Positions 41,525 to 52,087 of a stretch of DNA of 64,000 nt are shown here, one piece after another; the stretch's first letter is position 1; every line of letters begins with the position of its first letter. A program made the position numbers and the translations under genes. Location: the NCBI GenBank assembly GCA_965248755.1, contig OZ252149.1, forward strand, positions 2,080,001 through 2,144,000, in the 5' to 3' direction. Under the pieces are notes generated by a model. The model was not told the origin of the DNA. It did not search any database and was given only the letters and a program-made list of their open reading frames with translations. Source of the stretch: Candidatus Latescibacterota bacterium (GTDB lineage Bacteria > Latescibacterota > CBDEFO01).

Positions 41525-43666
41525 ATGAGATTTGTAGTCTCATGTACTATTCTGATTATGTCGGTTGCTCTGAACGCTTCTGCATATACTCAAGAGAACT
41601 TGTTGGTAAACAGTGACTTGCGCCAAGGAGAGCCCGGCGAGAATAATTTCGGCTGGGTGATGGATTTGGCCAAGGACCAGAAGAGTGAATGCACCGTTGT
41701 CAACGGTCGCAGGCCCGGAAGTCGGGCTATACGCATCTACAACGACGAACTGGGCGAATCTTACATCATACAAGAGATCGCCGTTCGACCCTGGCGCTGG
41801 TACGTAGCGGAGGTGTGGGTCAACAGCGAGGGGATGCGTAACCTCGGTTTTGCCCCGTACCTTATGCTGCAGGGAGGCCGCGGTGTGAGCGGAAGACATA
41901 ATTTTGATGACGCATGGGAATTGCCGAAGGCGGGTTGGCACCAGCTGCGATTGATCGAACACACAACTGATTCAGATCGTCTGACATTGAAGTTAGGAGG
42001 CCAAGGCTGGAGCGGTGAGATGCTATTCACTGAACCAGTGGTCCGCGAATCCAGCATGCTTGAGGCCACCCGGGCGCTCTGGCAGACTCATCATCCGGCA
42101 CCTACCCCTTACGAGCACCACCTTATCCCTTGGGAGCCTAAAGGCGATCAGGGTCCGCGTGGGTACGCCTTCCACAAACGCAACTTCGCCAGGGTGGCTC
42201 GCAACTATCCTAACTCTTTCGAAATCTGGGGTCGCTTTAACCCAAGCCCAGACCCGGAGGGACGTATCTCGTTGTGGCTGCCGCCTGGCAAGTGCGAGAT
42301 GGTGATCGACAGCGACCTGGAAGCGGGCGAGTTGGCAGTCGGATATGTCCAGTACGAATGGCACGGTGGTTCTCAGCTCCCGATGCCGATCTACTTCCAG
42401 GGGGTCGAGCCGCCGCAGGTAACCCCTCCGAAAAGAGCGGTCACGATGATCACCGTGGCTCCGGAGACTTTCAACAACTGGGAAGGTGGACGAGGGGCCA
42501 TGGTGCGCGACTTAAAACGCTTCGGCTTCACCCGTATGGAAGTATGGGGACGCAGTGATGTTCGACCGTATTACGCCGAGGGGATATCCAGCGCCAACCA
42601 ATGGTCACCGAACTGGGACTTCGATGCCGAAAAGTACCCCGATGCCCGCGGGGTTAGCCTGAATGGAAAACACGCTAAACTGATGTGCCCATCCTACCGA
42701 GGTCCAGCTTTCACCCTTCAACTCGCCAACGCTAAAGAATCTTCCCGCTACGCCTCCGCCCTGTCCCTGGACGACGAGTGGTACGCCATGAGAGGCAGCC
42801 AAAGTCCGACGATATGCTTCGGCGACCGCTGTATGGAACGTTGGAATGGGTGGGTCTCTGAACATAAACCCGAGCTGGAGAAGGTGAGTCCGAAGATCTT
42901 CGCCAGGCAGCCGCACAAATATCCCGGGCACTACGATGCGTGGCTTCTTTTCCGCGGTTACCTGGTCGCCGAGAAATATGCTCTGATCCGGCAAGCGTTC
43001 TTTGAAGCCCTCAAGGAGACCCAGGTGAAAACGACTCCGTATCCGTGGGTGCAGGCTTACATAGGCGGCGGGCCAGTCATCGGCCTGCATTCAAACAAGT
43101 CTCTGGCAGAGGCTCTGGATTATGTCGCTAACATGGACTACTCAAGCGCGCGCGTATTGCGGGAGAACGTTGCCAGATTGGCGCCCCAGACCGGCAAGAA
43201 ACTCTTATTCACTATCTCGCCGGGATACCTGGGAAGCCCACCTGGTGACGCGCGCTCCCAGGTACTCGAAGTAGTCATGGGTGGTTCACAAGGAGTCCAC
43301 GTCTGGTGCTATCACATAGGGACTGACACCGGTCACATGGTAGATATGGCCGAGGCCATCAAGATGTTCTCCCCCGTGGAAGACATAATCCTGGACGGCG
43401 CGGTTCAGGCCGGCTACACGAGCGACACAAACTCGGTGAACCTGTTGGCCAGAGTGAAAGACGACGAAAGCGTCTTGCTCGTGTCGGACTACTCACCGAA
43501 CCCCGGCCGCATGAAGGTGTCGGTGCCCGGCGAGGCGGAGTTGGAAGTCACCGACCTGTTCACCGACCAAGTCGTCGCACGCCTGGACGCAAAGGAACGA
43601 TCGTTCGCGACAACCCTGAAGCGGACCTTCACAGCAAGGCTGTACCACTTGCAGTCCACAAAGTGA
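41525..43666 (+). CDS. Secreted CBM-like + putative glycoside-hydrolase-like protein (array paralog A)
   Basis: Signal peptide; NLLVNSD, RPWRWYVAEVWV, MCPSYRGP, LDDE, SPPGDARSQVLE. Confidence 0.7.
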   Translation: MRFVVSCTILIMSVALNASAYTQENLLVNSDLRQGEPGENNFGWVMDLAKDQKSECTVVNGRRPGSRAIRIYNDELGESYIIQEIAVRPWRWYVAEVWVNSEGMRNLGFAPYLMLQGGRGVSGRHNFDDAWELPKAGWHQLRLIEHTTDSDRLTLKLGGQGWSGEMLFTEPVVRESSMLEATRALWQTHHPAPTPYEHHLIPWEPKGDQGPRGYAFHKRNFARVARNYPNSFEIWGRFNPSPDPEGRISLWLPPGKCEMVIDSDLEAGELAVGYVQYEWHGGSQLPMPIYFQGVEPPQVTPPKRAVTMITVAPETFNNWEGGRGAMVRDLKRFGFTRMEVWGRSDVRPYYAEGISSANQWSPNWDFDAEKYPDARGVSLNGKHAKLMCPSYRGPAFTLQLANAKESSRYASALSLDDEWYAMRGSQSPTICFGDRCMERWNGWVSEHKPELEKVSPKIFARQPHKYPGHYDAWLLFRGYLVAEKYALIRQAFFEALKETQVKTTPYPWVQAYIGGGPVIGLHSNKSLAEALDYVANMDYSSARVLRENVARLAPQTGKKLLFTISPGYLGSPPGDARSQVLEVVMGGSQGVHVWCYHIGTDTGHMVDMAEAIKMFSPVEDIILDGAVQAGYTSDTNSVNLLARVKDDESVLLVSDYSPNPGRMKVSVPGEAELEVTDLFTDQVVARLDAKERSFATTLKRTFTARLYHLQSTK

Positions 43667-43697
43667 ACTCTAGAAAATCTGGGAGACCTTTAGGTGA

Positions 43698-44201
43698 ATG
43701 GCGTTGCCAACAGTGACCCAAGCGCTCGCAGGCAATTTTGGTATGAATAGCGTTGTTGAGGAGATCTATATTGCCCCCAATGGCGGCGACCCGATGGAAA
43801 GGGTGGAGCAGATTGAAGCCGTGGTCGACTGTGGCCTCTATGGGGATCGCTATATGAGACGGACGGGATACTGGTCTGGGGTCGATGAATGCCAGGTTAC
43901 TTTGATCGAAAAGGAAGATATCGAATCGATTAGGAAGGAGAGCGATATTCAGATTGCCAACGGTCAACACCGACGCAACATTGTCACGCAGTGTGTTCGC
44001 CTTGAGAAGCTGAGGGGTAAGCAATTTGCCGTCGGAGAGGCCGTACTGGAATATGATTGTCCCCGCCCACCGTGCAGCTACATTCAGGGGATTACCCAGA
44101 AAGGAATGACGAAAGCCCTGGGACGGACGCGAGGCGGTATCTGTGCCCGTGTAGTGAAGTCCGGAGTCATACGAGTAGGGGACTCCATTCAAGTACTTTA
44201 A
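43698..44201 (+). CDS. MOSC domain protein
   Basis: GLYGDRY, RRNIVT, PPCSY, GGICARVVKSGVIRVGD. Confidence 0.9.
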   Translation: MALPTVTQALAGNFGMNSVVEEIYIAPNGGDPMERVEQIEAVVDCGLYGDRYMRRTGYWSGVDECQVTLIEKEDIESIRKESDIQIANGQHRRNIVTQCVRLEKLRGKQFAVGEAVLEYDCPRPPCSYIQGITQKGMTKALGRTRGGICARVVKSGVIRVGDSIQVL

Positions 44202-44707
44202 GCAGTCTTGTGCAATTATTTACTGCAAGCCTGCACAAAAAATGAAATCGTGTCCAGATCGAAGGCCCGCCTGGTGATAGAACCCTCAGTAGTAAGCCTG
44301 ACCTCCCAATTCGAAGCATCCCTTATCTGGCCCGCAGTCCTCCGTGCACACAGAGTCGTTATCAGGGCCGACTACCAGCATCGTCTTGAGACACCAATAT
44401 TGAGTTTCCGGACTCGTCTCTGTCAGGTACAGGGGCGACCTTTCTGCCGGAACGTATGACGCCTTCGCCCTGAGATACTGGCATATTGCTTGCACCATTG
44501 CTACTTCCTTCGGCACTATCAAGCTTTCAAAGCAGACAAGATAGCATGTCTGAGCAACGTCTTGGCCAAGTTCACCTTGTTGGCGTGGTCCTCGCCGTTC
44601 TGGGTGGACGCGGGGTAGGAGTATGCGCGCACAGGAAATAACATGACTGAATTGGAAATCTATCACGTTGATGTTCAGGGCTTACCGATTCTCGACGACA
44701 TGCATGA

Positions 44708-44913
44708 CCACGATCAGCCGCTGGAAGTGCGTATCAACGGCATCCCCTGCTCATGGCCGGGACTAGCCGAACACGTTAAAGCGTCAGGATGAGAAAGAGC
44801 CTCAGCCGCGCCGGCACGTCTATGACGTATCCCCGGAGGCCCTGAGCGACGGCTACAACCTGTCGAGGTGAGCGCCAAGCACATGATCACGTGGGTAGAG
44901 ATCTCGGTGCGAT
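44708..44913 (+). pseudogene. Relic copy of the 3' end of gene 45077-46660
   Basis: Matches 46442-46660 (cacgatcagccgctgga...gatcacgtgggtagagatctcggtgcgatag) with a stop and indels. Confidence 0.8.
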
Positions 44914-44997
44914 AGGTTTCATGGATACGCGGGGAAGCTTCCATAGGCGGGCGATCTCCGCTAGAGCTTCAGTTGTTGGGATGGGTTTGCGGAAAGT

Positions 44998-45024
44998 CCT
45001 GTCCTCGAATGACTCTATCGGGGG
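44998..45024. mobile_element. 27-bp palindromic insertion element
   Basis: Absent from the homologous site 46742/46743. Confidence 0.85.
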
Positions 45025-45076
45025 ATGGATTTTCAAACGTAATCGGCGTTCGTTTAGAGAGAAAGAGGAGTTGGCC

Positions 45077-46660
45077 ATGAAGAGTGTCTGGATGGGGATG
45101 TTGATTCTGGGTCTGGCCGGTGTTTCCGCCTCCGACAATGACGGCAACCTGCTTGCAAACAGTGATTCCAAAGGAGAAGCCAACATGAATGATGCTAATG
45201 CTGCCCGAGGGAAGGTCATCTACAACCTGGACTGCACTCAGTTCTTTATGGGGTCGTTCGGTCCCATTGTCCCCGAGACGATCGACAAGTTCGTGGACAC
45301 GCACGCTGCTCTCGGAGTCACGGATCTCTTCATCAACGTCAACGCAAAGCGCACCAACTACCGGAGCGATGTATGGGAATCATATTGGGACGGCTACGAT
45401 CCGAGCGTCGGCGACGACCAGGCGTTCTTCGCGGGACTTGACCCGAAACGCAGGTTCGAGACGGGGTTGTTCAAGAACATGCTGGCGCTTCACGAGCAGG
45501 GATGCGACTACCCGAAGAGAATGATCGACCGTGCGAGGCGAAATCGAGTAAAGGGGTGGATCTCGCTGCGAATGAACGACGACCACAACCCCCATCTCGC
45601 GGATCATCCGGCCCACAGCACGATCTGGAAGTCACATCCGGAATGGCGCCTTGCATATGGCCTGGACTACGAACAGCCCGAGGTGCGTGAGCACTATATG
45701 AAACTCGTCCGGGAGGTGTGTTCTCGCTACGACCTGGACGGTCTGGAACTGGATTTTCTGCGTTTCTGGCTCTACTTTCGCGCCGGACGCGAGCACGAAG
45801 GTGCGAAGCTAATGACAGCTTTTGTGGAGCAGGCGCGGCAGGCGACAGAAGAAGCCGCGAAGCGATTGGGGCATCCCGTCGAACTCGCCGTGCGCGTACC
45901 GACAACTCCGTGGATCGCCCGCAGGCACGGATTGGATGCGATCGCCTGGGCTAAGAGAGGGCTAGTGGACCTGATTGTGGTCGGATCGTTTTGGTTCTCC
46001 GTCGATAGTGACATGCCTATCGAGACCTGGAAAGGTCTGCTCATCGGTACGGACGTTGCCGTCGCAGTGCATCTGGAAGACGGGATCAATTCGGGCGACA
46101 GCGGTCGTCATACGATGACGCATGAGGAGATGCGCGGGGTATTGGTGAGCGCTCTGCACCGCGGGGCCGACGCGGTATACTTCTTCAATCTCTTTACGGG
46201 ACCGCATCAGCGCTGGCCGCGTGAGGATCATGACCGGCTGCTGAGGGACGCAGGGTCCTATGCAGAGCTTCGCGCTGGGCCGCGGCGGCATGCGATCACC
46301 ATCATGAACCCCTGGGCGGAGGGTGAGCCGGGTGAAGCCAGGTCGCTCCCTTACGCCGGCATGCACGGTGTCTTCCGCCTTCACATCGGACCGAAGCCAC
46401 TCTCACAACAGAACGCCCGGATTGAGCTGGTGGCGCCGGAACACGATCAGCCGCTGGAGGTACGTCTCAATGGCATCCCCTGTAAATGGTCAGGCCTTGT
46501 CGAAGCCGAACACGTTAAAGCGTCAGGATGGAAAGAGCCTGAACCGCGCCGACACATCTATGACGTGCTCCCGGAGGCCCTGAGCGACGGGTACAATCTG
46601 ATCGAAGTGACCTCCGAGGAAGATGTCAAGATCACGTGGGTAGAGATCTCGGTGCGATAG
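45077..46660 (+). CDS. Secreted GHL10/DUF187-like TIM-barrel glycosyl hydrolase-like protein
   Basis: ISLRMND.H, LDYEQPEVR, RYDLDGLELDFLR, GADAVYFFN; start reassigned to ATG 45077 after GAGGAG. Confidence 0.75.
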   Translation: MKSVWMGMLILGLAGVSASDNDGNLLANSDSKGEANMNDANAARGKVIYNLDCTQFFMGSFGPIVPETIDKFVDTHAALGVTDLFINVNAKRTNYRSDVWESYWDGYDPSVGDDQAFFAGLDPKRRFETGLFKNMLALHEQGCDYPKRMIDRARRNRVKGWISLRMNDDHNPHLADHPAHSTIWKSHPEWRLAYGLDYEQPEVREHYMKLVREVCSRYDLDGLELDFLRFWLYFRAGREHEGAKLMTAFVEQARQATEEAAKRLGHPVELAVRVPTTPWIARRHGLDAIAWAKRGLVDLIVVGSFWFSVDSDMPIETWKGLLIGTDVAVAVHLEDGINSGDSGRHTMTHEEMRGVLVSALHRGADAVYFFNLFTGPHQRWPREDHDRLLRDAGSYAELRAGPRRHAITIMNPWAEGEPGEARSLPYAGMHGVFRLHIGPKPLSQQNARIELVAPEHDQPLEVRLNGIPCKWSGLVEAEHVKASGWKEPEPRRHIYDVLPEALSDGYNLIEVTSEEDVKITWVEISVR

Positions 46661-46788
46661 GTTTCATGCATACGCGGGGAAGCCTTGATAGGGGGGCGAT
46701 CTCCGCTAGAGCTTCAGTTGTTGGGATGGGTTTGCGGAAAGTATGGATTTTCAAACGTAACCGGCATTTATGAAAGGAGAAAGAGCAC

Positions 46789-49059
46789 ATGGCTATGGAG
46801 ATTCTCTTGATGGTGATGGTGATTCTGGGTCTGGCCCGAATTTCTGCCGCCGACAATGACGGGAACTTGCTTGTGAACAGCGATTTCAGCCAGGGCAATC
46901 CGAGCGAGGAGAGTTTCGGCTGGACGGTGGAGCTGGCTGAGGGAGAGAAGAACGAGTGCACCGTGGTAGAAGGGCACCAGCCGGAAACTTACGCAGTACG
47001 TATTTACAATGACGAAAGGAGTTCATCGGGCATCAGTCAGAATGTGGCTGTTAGACCCTGGCGCTGGTATGTGGCCGAGGTGTGGGTTAAGAGCGACGGG
47101 ATGTATCCTTCCGTAGTTGGCTTCTCTTTAAAAGGTGGCCGTAAGAATGGCGTGTGGCGGTACAAAATGGATCTTTATCACAGGCCGAAATCAGGATGGC
47201 GCATGATACGGGTGTACGATCACTCGGGGGACAGTGAGCGGCTGACACTATGGATAGGCGGTGATGCCTGGAGCGGCGAGCTGCTCTTAAGCGAACCCGT
47301 CGTCCGTGAGTGCAGCCAGGTGGAAGCGCTCTCGTACCACCCCAAACCAGCTGACCGCCATCCAGCATATGGCGGTCCTCCCATCGATCCTGAGAAGGGA
47401 CTGCCCGGGTATGCCTTCCTGCGAGCGGACGTCCGCCGGGTAGCTCGTGACTTCCCGAATGCGTTGCGGATCTCGATGGACATCCCGGACCCTGAGGACT
47501 CTGAGGGGAGGGTCGCGTTGTGGCTGCCGGCGGGCATTCGCTTCCTTAAACTGCGACCTCATGGCGGAGGGAAGAGACCCCCAAAAGTGACAGATCTATC
47601 GGGCGGCACAGATGCCCGGGGCGGCATGTACCTCGAGCTGCATACGGGCCCTGGCGAGAGCAACCTGCTGATCGAATCCGACCTGGAGCCGGGCGAGCGG
47701 GCAACGGGGTACGTCTATTACGAGTGGAACGGCGGCTTTCAGCTTCCCAGGCCGGTTGCATTTGAAGGGGTAGAACTGCCGAAGGTCACTGCGCCGAGGC
47801 GAATCGTCACTGCACTTGATGTCTACGGTGCTGCTTACCTGAATTGGGAGAACTTCAAACCTGGCCTGGACGGGCGGGAGGCTATGGTCCGGGACATGAA
47901 ACGTTTGGGCTTCAACCGGTTACAACTATGGGGTGGGGATCCTCGACCCTACGCCAGCATGGGCCTGCAGGGCGCCACCTCCTACGGAGGGAGCTTTTCC
48001 GTGGATGCGGAAAAATACCCTGAGTCGGTCGCTGTCGCATTGAATGGAGAACGTACGAAGGTGATGTGCCCGTCATATCGGGGTCCGGGTTTTAAGACTA
48101 ACCCATGGCTGGAGCGCTTGAGAGACACTGCTGCGATCACTTCGGCGGTGAATCTGGACGACGAGGTTTACCTGATGTCCGGCGTTGGCCCGGTCATCTG
48201 TTTCGACGACCGTTGTATTAAACGTTGGAAAGAGTGGGTGAGCGAGCACAAGCCTGGCCTGGCCGGTATTACCCCCAGGGAGTTCTTCAAGCGGGCGCAC
48301 AACTATCCGGAGCACTACGAGGCATGGTTGAGATTTCGCTGTGATCTGGTGGCCGAGCGGTTTGGCATACTGCGGCAGGTGTTCCATGAAGCGGTCAAGA
48401 AATCCGGTGTGAAGACGACGCCCGAGCCAGAGTTGGGGGCGTTCACAGGCGAGGAGATGTTGATGGGTCTGTCTTCAATTGAGGCCTTGAGCGGGGCTCT
48501 GGATTTTATTTCACCCATGATCTATCTGAATGGGGACGGTGTGCGCAAAGAAGTTGCCAAGATTGCACCAATTAGCGGCGGGAAGCTAGTGGTCTGCCTG
48601 GCACCGGGATATGGCAATAGTCCGCCCGGTGACGCCAGGTCGCAGGTACTTGAAACCGTGATGGGTGGTGCAAGGGGCTTTGTCGCCTGGAACTATGACA
48701 TCGGCCCGATGACTACCGGTCACCTGGCGGATATGTCCGAGGCGATCAAGATGTTTTCCCCCGTTGAGGACATCATTCTAGACGGCGAGCTTCAGCCTGG
48801 ATACGCCGCTGACACTGAATCAGCGAATCTGCTGGCAAGGAAACAGGGAGACGAAACTGTCTTACTTGTCTCGGACTACACACCTGGAGGTGCGCGGGCT
48901 AAGGTAACGGTACCGGGGCAGGCCAGTCTGGAGGTGGTCGATCTTTTCACCGATGAGGTGGTGGCTCGTTTGGATACGAGAAAACGGACTTTTGAAGTCA
49001 AACTCAGACGTGACTTTCAAGCACGTCTCTACCACCTGCGGCCGGCAGGTAGCTCATAG
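46789..49059 (+). CDS. Array paralog B
   Basis: Same motifs as 41525-43666. Confidence 0.75.
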   Translation: MAMEILLMVMVILGLARISAADNDGNLLVNSDFSQGNPSEESFGWTVELAEGEKNECTVVEGHQPETYAVRIYNDERSSSGISQNVAVRPWRWYVAEVWVKSDGMYPSVVGFSLKGGRKNGVWRYKMDLYHRPKSGWRMIRVYDHSGDSERLTLWIGGDAWSGELLLSEPVVRECSQVEALSYHPKPADRHPAYGGPPIDPEKGLPGYAFLRADVRRVARDFPNALRISMDIPDPEDSEGRVALWLPAGIRFLKLRPHGGGKRPPKVTDLSGGTDARGGMYLELHTGPGESNLLIESDLEPGERATGYVYYEWNGGFQLPRPVAFEGVELPKVTAPRRIVTALDVYGAAYLNWENFKPGLDGREAMVRDMKRLGFNRLQLWGGDPRPYASMGLQGATSYGGSFSVDAEKYPESVAVALNGERTKVMCPSYRGPGFKTNPWLERLRDTAAITSAVNLDDEVYLMSGVGPVICFDDRCIKRWKEWVSEHKPGLAGITPREFFKRAHNYPEHYEAWLRFRCDLVAERFGILRQVFHEAVKKSGVKTTPEPELGAFTGEEMLMGLSSIEALSGALDFISPMIYLNGDGVRKEVAKIAPISGGKLVVCLAPGYGNSPPGDARSQVLETVMGGARGFVAWNYDIGPMTTGHLADMSEAIKMFSPVEDIILDGELQPGYAADTESANLLARKQGDETVLLVSDYTPGGARAKVTVPGQASLEVVDLFTDEVVARLDTRKRTFEVKLRRDFQARLYHLRPAGSS

Positions 49060-49074
49060 CACTTTTTTGGAGGT

Positions 49075-49261
49075 TAGCCCATGGCCAAACCTTTCCGAAA
49101 CCGAACACGTCAGAGCATCCGGATGGAAAGATCCTCAGCCGTGACGGGGGAGTTTATGACGTGCGCCCGGACGCCAACAGCCTCTGCTAGAATCTGATCG
49201 AAGTAAGCGCCAAGCACGGTGTTAAGATCACGTGGGCAGGGATCTCGGCGCGACAGGTGTG
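49075..49261 (+). pseudogene. Relic of the GHL10-like 3' end
   Basis: WPNLSETEHVRASGWKDPQP*...KITWAGISAR with internal stops. Confidence 0.75.
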
Positions 49262-49288
49262 CCTGTCCCCGAATGACTTTATCGGGGA
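49262..49288. mobile_element. 27-bp palindromic insertion element
   Basis: Absent from the homologous site 51936/51937. Confidence 0.85.
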
Positions 49289-49366
49289 TTGCTTCCGCCG
49301 GGAAGCGTCGATTGGCGGCCGATCTCTGCTATGGTCTCAGTTGTTGGTACTGGGCTTGTCCAAAGT

Positions 49367-49393
49367 CCTGTCCCCGAATGACTTTATCGGGGG
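49367..49393. mobile_element. 27-bp palindromic insertion element
   Basis: Same site as 44998 and 52015; empty at 46742/46743. Confidence 0.85.
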
Positions 49394-49439
49394 ATGGATT
49401 TTCAAATGTAACCGGCATTCACACAGGAAGAAAGAGGAG

Positions 49440-51731
49440 ATGACTATGAAGAGTGTCTGGGCGGTGATGTTGATTCTGGGCCTGTCCCCGAATGACTCTA
49501 TCGGAGATCTGGCCTCTGCTGCTGCCGCCAACAATCACGGGAACCTGCTTGTAAACAGCGATTTCAGCCAGGGCAAACCGAGCCAGGAGAGTTTCGTCTG
49601 GAGAGTGGAGCTGGCTGAGGGAGAGAAGAACGAGTGCTCCGTTGTAGAAGGGCCTCGCCCGGGAACTAGCGCCGTACGCATTTACAATGACGAACGGAGT
49701 TCATCGGGCATCGACCAAAAGTTCGCTGTTCGGCCCTGGCGGTGGTATGTGGCCGAGGTGTGGGTTAAGAGCGACGGAATGTATCCGTCCGTTGTTGGCA
49801 TGTCTTTGCAAGGTGGCCGTAAGAGTGGTGGGTGGCGGTACTTCATGGATTTGTATCACAGGCCGAAATCCGGATGGCGGATGATACGGGCGTATGATCA
49901 CTCGGGGGACAGTGAGCAGCTGACATTATCGATAGGCGGTGGTGACTGGAGCGGCGAGCTGCTCTTAAGCGAACCGGTTGTACATGAAATAAGCCTAGTA
50001 GAAGCTGTTGGCTACCACCGGTTGCCGGGATACCATCGTAACCCGGCACGGTACGGTCCTTCCTCGGACCCTGCGAAGGGACAGTATGGGTACGCCCACC
50101 AGGAAGGTGATGTCAGCCGGGTAGCCCGCAACTTCCCGAACCCGTTCTATATCAGTGGCCGTATGGACGCCAATGCGCCTGAGGGGAGGATCTCGTTGTG
50201 GCTGCCGGCGGGCATTCGCTTCCTTAAGCTTCGACCTCATGGCGGAGGGAAGAGGCCCCCAAAGGTGACAGATCTATCGGGCGGTGTGGATGCCCGGAGC
50301 GGCATGTACCTCGAGCTGCATACGGGGCCTGGCGAGGGCCAGTTGCTGATCGAGTCCGACCTGGAGCCGGGCGAGCGGGCAATCGGTTACGTCTACTACG
50401 AGTGGAAGGGAGGCTATCAACTTCCGAGGCCAGTCGTGTTCGAAGGAGTGGTACTACCGAAGGTCACCGCGCCGAGACGAATCGTCACTGCACTTGATGT
50501 CTACCGGGCTGCTTACCTGAATTGGGAGAACTTCAAACCTGGCCTCGACGGGCGGGAGGCTATGGTCCGGGACATGAAGCGTTTGGGCTTCAACCGCTTA
50601 CAGCTATGGGGCGGGGATCCTCGACCCTACGCCAGCATGGGCCTGGAGGGCGCCTCCTCCTACGGAGGCAGCTTTTCCGTGGATGCGGAAAAATACCCTG
50701 AGTCAGTCGCTGTCGCATTGAATGGAGAACGTACGAAGGTGATGTGCCCGTCATATCGGGGTCCAGGTTTCAAGGCAAACCCATGGCTGGAGCGCCTGAG
50801 AGAAACTGCTAGCAGAACTTCCTCGGTGAATCTGGACGACGAGGTTTACCTGATGTCTGGCGTTGGCCCGGTCATCTGTTTCGACGACCGTTGTATTAAA
50901 CGTTGGAAAGAGTTGGTGAGCGAGCACAAGCCTGGCCTGGCCGGTATTCCCCCTAAGGAGTTCTTCAAGCGGGCGCACAAGTATCCGGAGCACTACGAGG
51001 CATGGTTGAGATTTCGCTGTGATCTGGTGGCCGAGCGGTTTGGCATACTGCGGCAGGTGTTCCATAAAGCAGTGGAGGAATCCGGTGTGAAGACGACGCC
51101 TGAGCCCGAGTTGGGGGCGTTCACAGGGGAGGAGATGTTGGTGGGTCTGTCTTCAATTGAGGCCTTGAGCGATGCTCTGGATTTTATTTCGCCCATGATC
51201 TATCTGGATGGGGACGGCGTGCGCAAAGAAGTTGCCAAGATTGCACCAATTAGTGGCGGGAAGCTGGTGGTCTGCCTGGCGCCGGGATATCTAGGCAGTC
51301 TGCCTGGCGATGTACGTTCCCAGGTACTTGAAACCGTGATGGGTGGTGCAAGGGGCTTTGTCGCCTGGAATTATGACATCAGGATGACTACCGGTCATCT
51401 GGTGGATATGGCTGAGGCGATCAAAATGTTTGCCCCCGTTGAGGACATCATTCTAGACGGAGAGCTTCAGACTGGATACGCCGCTGACACTGTATCAGCG
51501 AATCTGCTTGCAAGGAAACAGGGTGACGAAAGTGTGTTACTTGTCTCGGACTACTCACCTGGAGGCGCGCGGGTGAAGGTAACGGTACCTGGGCAGGACA
51601 GTCTGGAGGTGGTTGATCTTTTCACCTATGAGCCGGTGACTCGTTTGGATGCGAGCAAACGGACTTTTGAAGTCAAACTCAGACGTGACTTTCAAGCACG
51701 TCTCTACCACCTTCGGCCGGCAGGTAGCTGA
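49440..51731 (+). CDS. Array paralog C
   Basis: Start reassigned to ATG 49440 after GAGGAG; near-identical to B except for a central block. Confidence 0.75.
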   Translation: MTMKSVWAVMLILGLSPNDSIGDLASAAAANNHGNLLVNSDFSQGKPSQESFVWRVELAEGEKNECSVVEGPRPGTSAVRIYNDERSSSGIDQKFAVRPWRWYVAEVWVKSDGMYPSVVGMSLQGGRKSGGWRYFMDLYHRPKSGWRMIRAYDHSGDSEQLTLSIGGGDWSGELLLSEPVVHEISLVEAVGYHRLPGYHRNPARYGPSSDPAKGQYGYAHQEGDVSRVARNFPNPFYISGRMDANAPEGRISLWLPAGIRFLKLRPHGGGKRPPKVTDLSGGVDARSGMYLELHTGPGEGQLLIESDLEPGERAIGYVYYEWKGGYQLPRPVVFEGVVLPKVTAPRRIVTALDVYRAAYLNWENFKPGLDGREAMVRDMKRLGFNRLQLWGGDPRPYASMGLEGASSYGGSFSVDAEKYPESVAVALNGERTKVMCPSYRGPGFKANPWLERLRETASRTSSVNLDDEVYLMSGVGPVICFDDRCIKRWKELVSEHKPGLAGIPPKEFFKRAHKYPEHYEAWLRFRCDLVAERFGILRQVFHKAVEESGVKTTPEPELGAFTGEEMLVGLSSIEALSDALDFISPMIYLDGDGVRKEVAKIAPISGGKLVVCLAPGYLGSLPGDVRSQVLETVMGGARGFVAWNYDIRMTTGHLVDMAEAIKMFAPVEDIILDGELQTGYAADTVSANLLARKQGDESVLLVSDYSPGGARVKVTVPGQDSLEVVDLFTYEPVTRLDASKRTFEVKLRRDFQARLYHLRPAGS
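49481..49507. mobile_element. 27-bp element in frame inside the signal peptide
   Basis: LG[LSPNDSIGD]LA versus LGLA at 45111/45112 and 46829/46830. Confidence 0.85.
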
Positions 51732-51742
51732 TAGCATTTATT

Positions 51743-51937
51743 TTGGAGGAGAGCTCGTGGCCAAACCTTTCCGAAGCCGAACACGTCAGAGCATCCGGAT
51801 GGAAAGAACCTCAGCCGAGGCGCCACGTCTACGATGTGCGCCCGGACGCCATCGGCCTCGGCTACAATCTGATCGAAGTAAGCGTCAAGCACGATGTTAA
51901 GATCACGTGGGCAGGGATCTCGGCGCGACAGGTGTGA
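51743..51937 (+). pseudogene. Relic (64-aa open frame) of the GHL10-like 3' end
   Basis: AEHVRASGWKEPQPRRHVYDV.P.A...GYNLIEV...VKITW matches the C-terminus of 45077-46660. Confidence 0.75.
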
Positions 51938-52014
51938 TGCTTCCGCCGGGAAGCGTCGATTGGCGGCCGATCTCTGCTATGGTCTCAGTTGTTGGTAATG
52001 GGCTTGTCCAAAGT

Positions 52015-52041
52015 CCTGTCCCCGAATGACTCTATCGGGGA
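52015..52041. mobile_element. 27-bp palindromic insertion element
   Basis: cctgtccccgaatgactctatcgggga. Confidence 0.85.
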
Positions 52042-52087
52042 ATGCATTTTCAGACGTAAGCGACATTCATGAAAGGAGAAAAAGGAG

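Noticed and set aside
44230..44690. Possible transposase remnant or ORF 44286-44666
   Set aside because: Only a faint resemblance; no catalytic motif can be supported.
44891..45076. Long N-terminal extensions in ORF-track calls 44891 and 49257
   Set aside because: These are translated junction repeats; RBS and signal peptide point to starts at 45077 and 49440.
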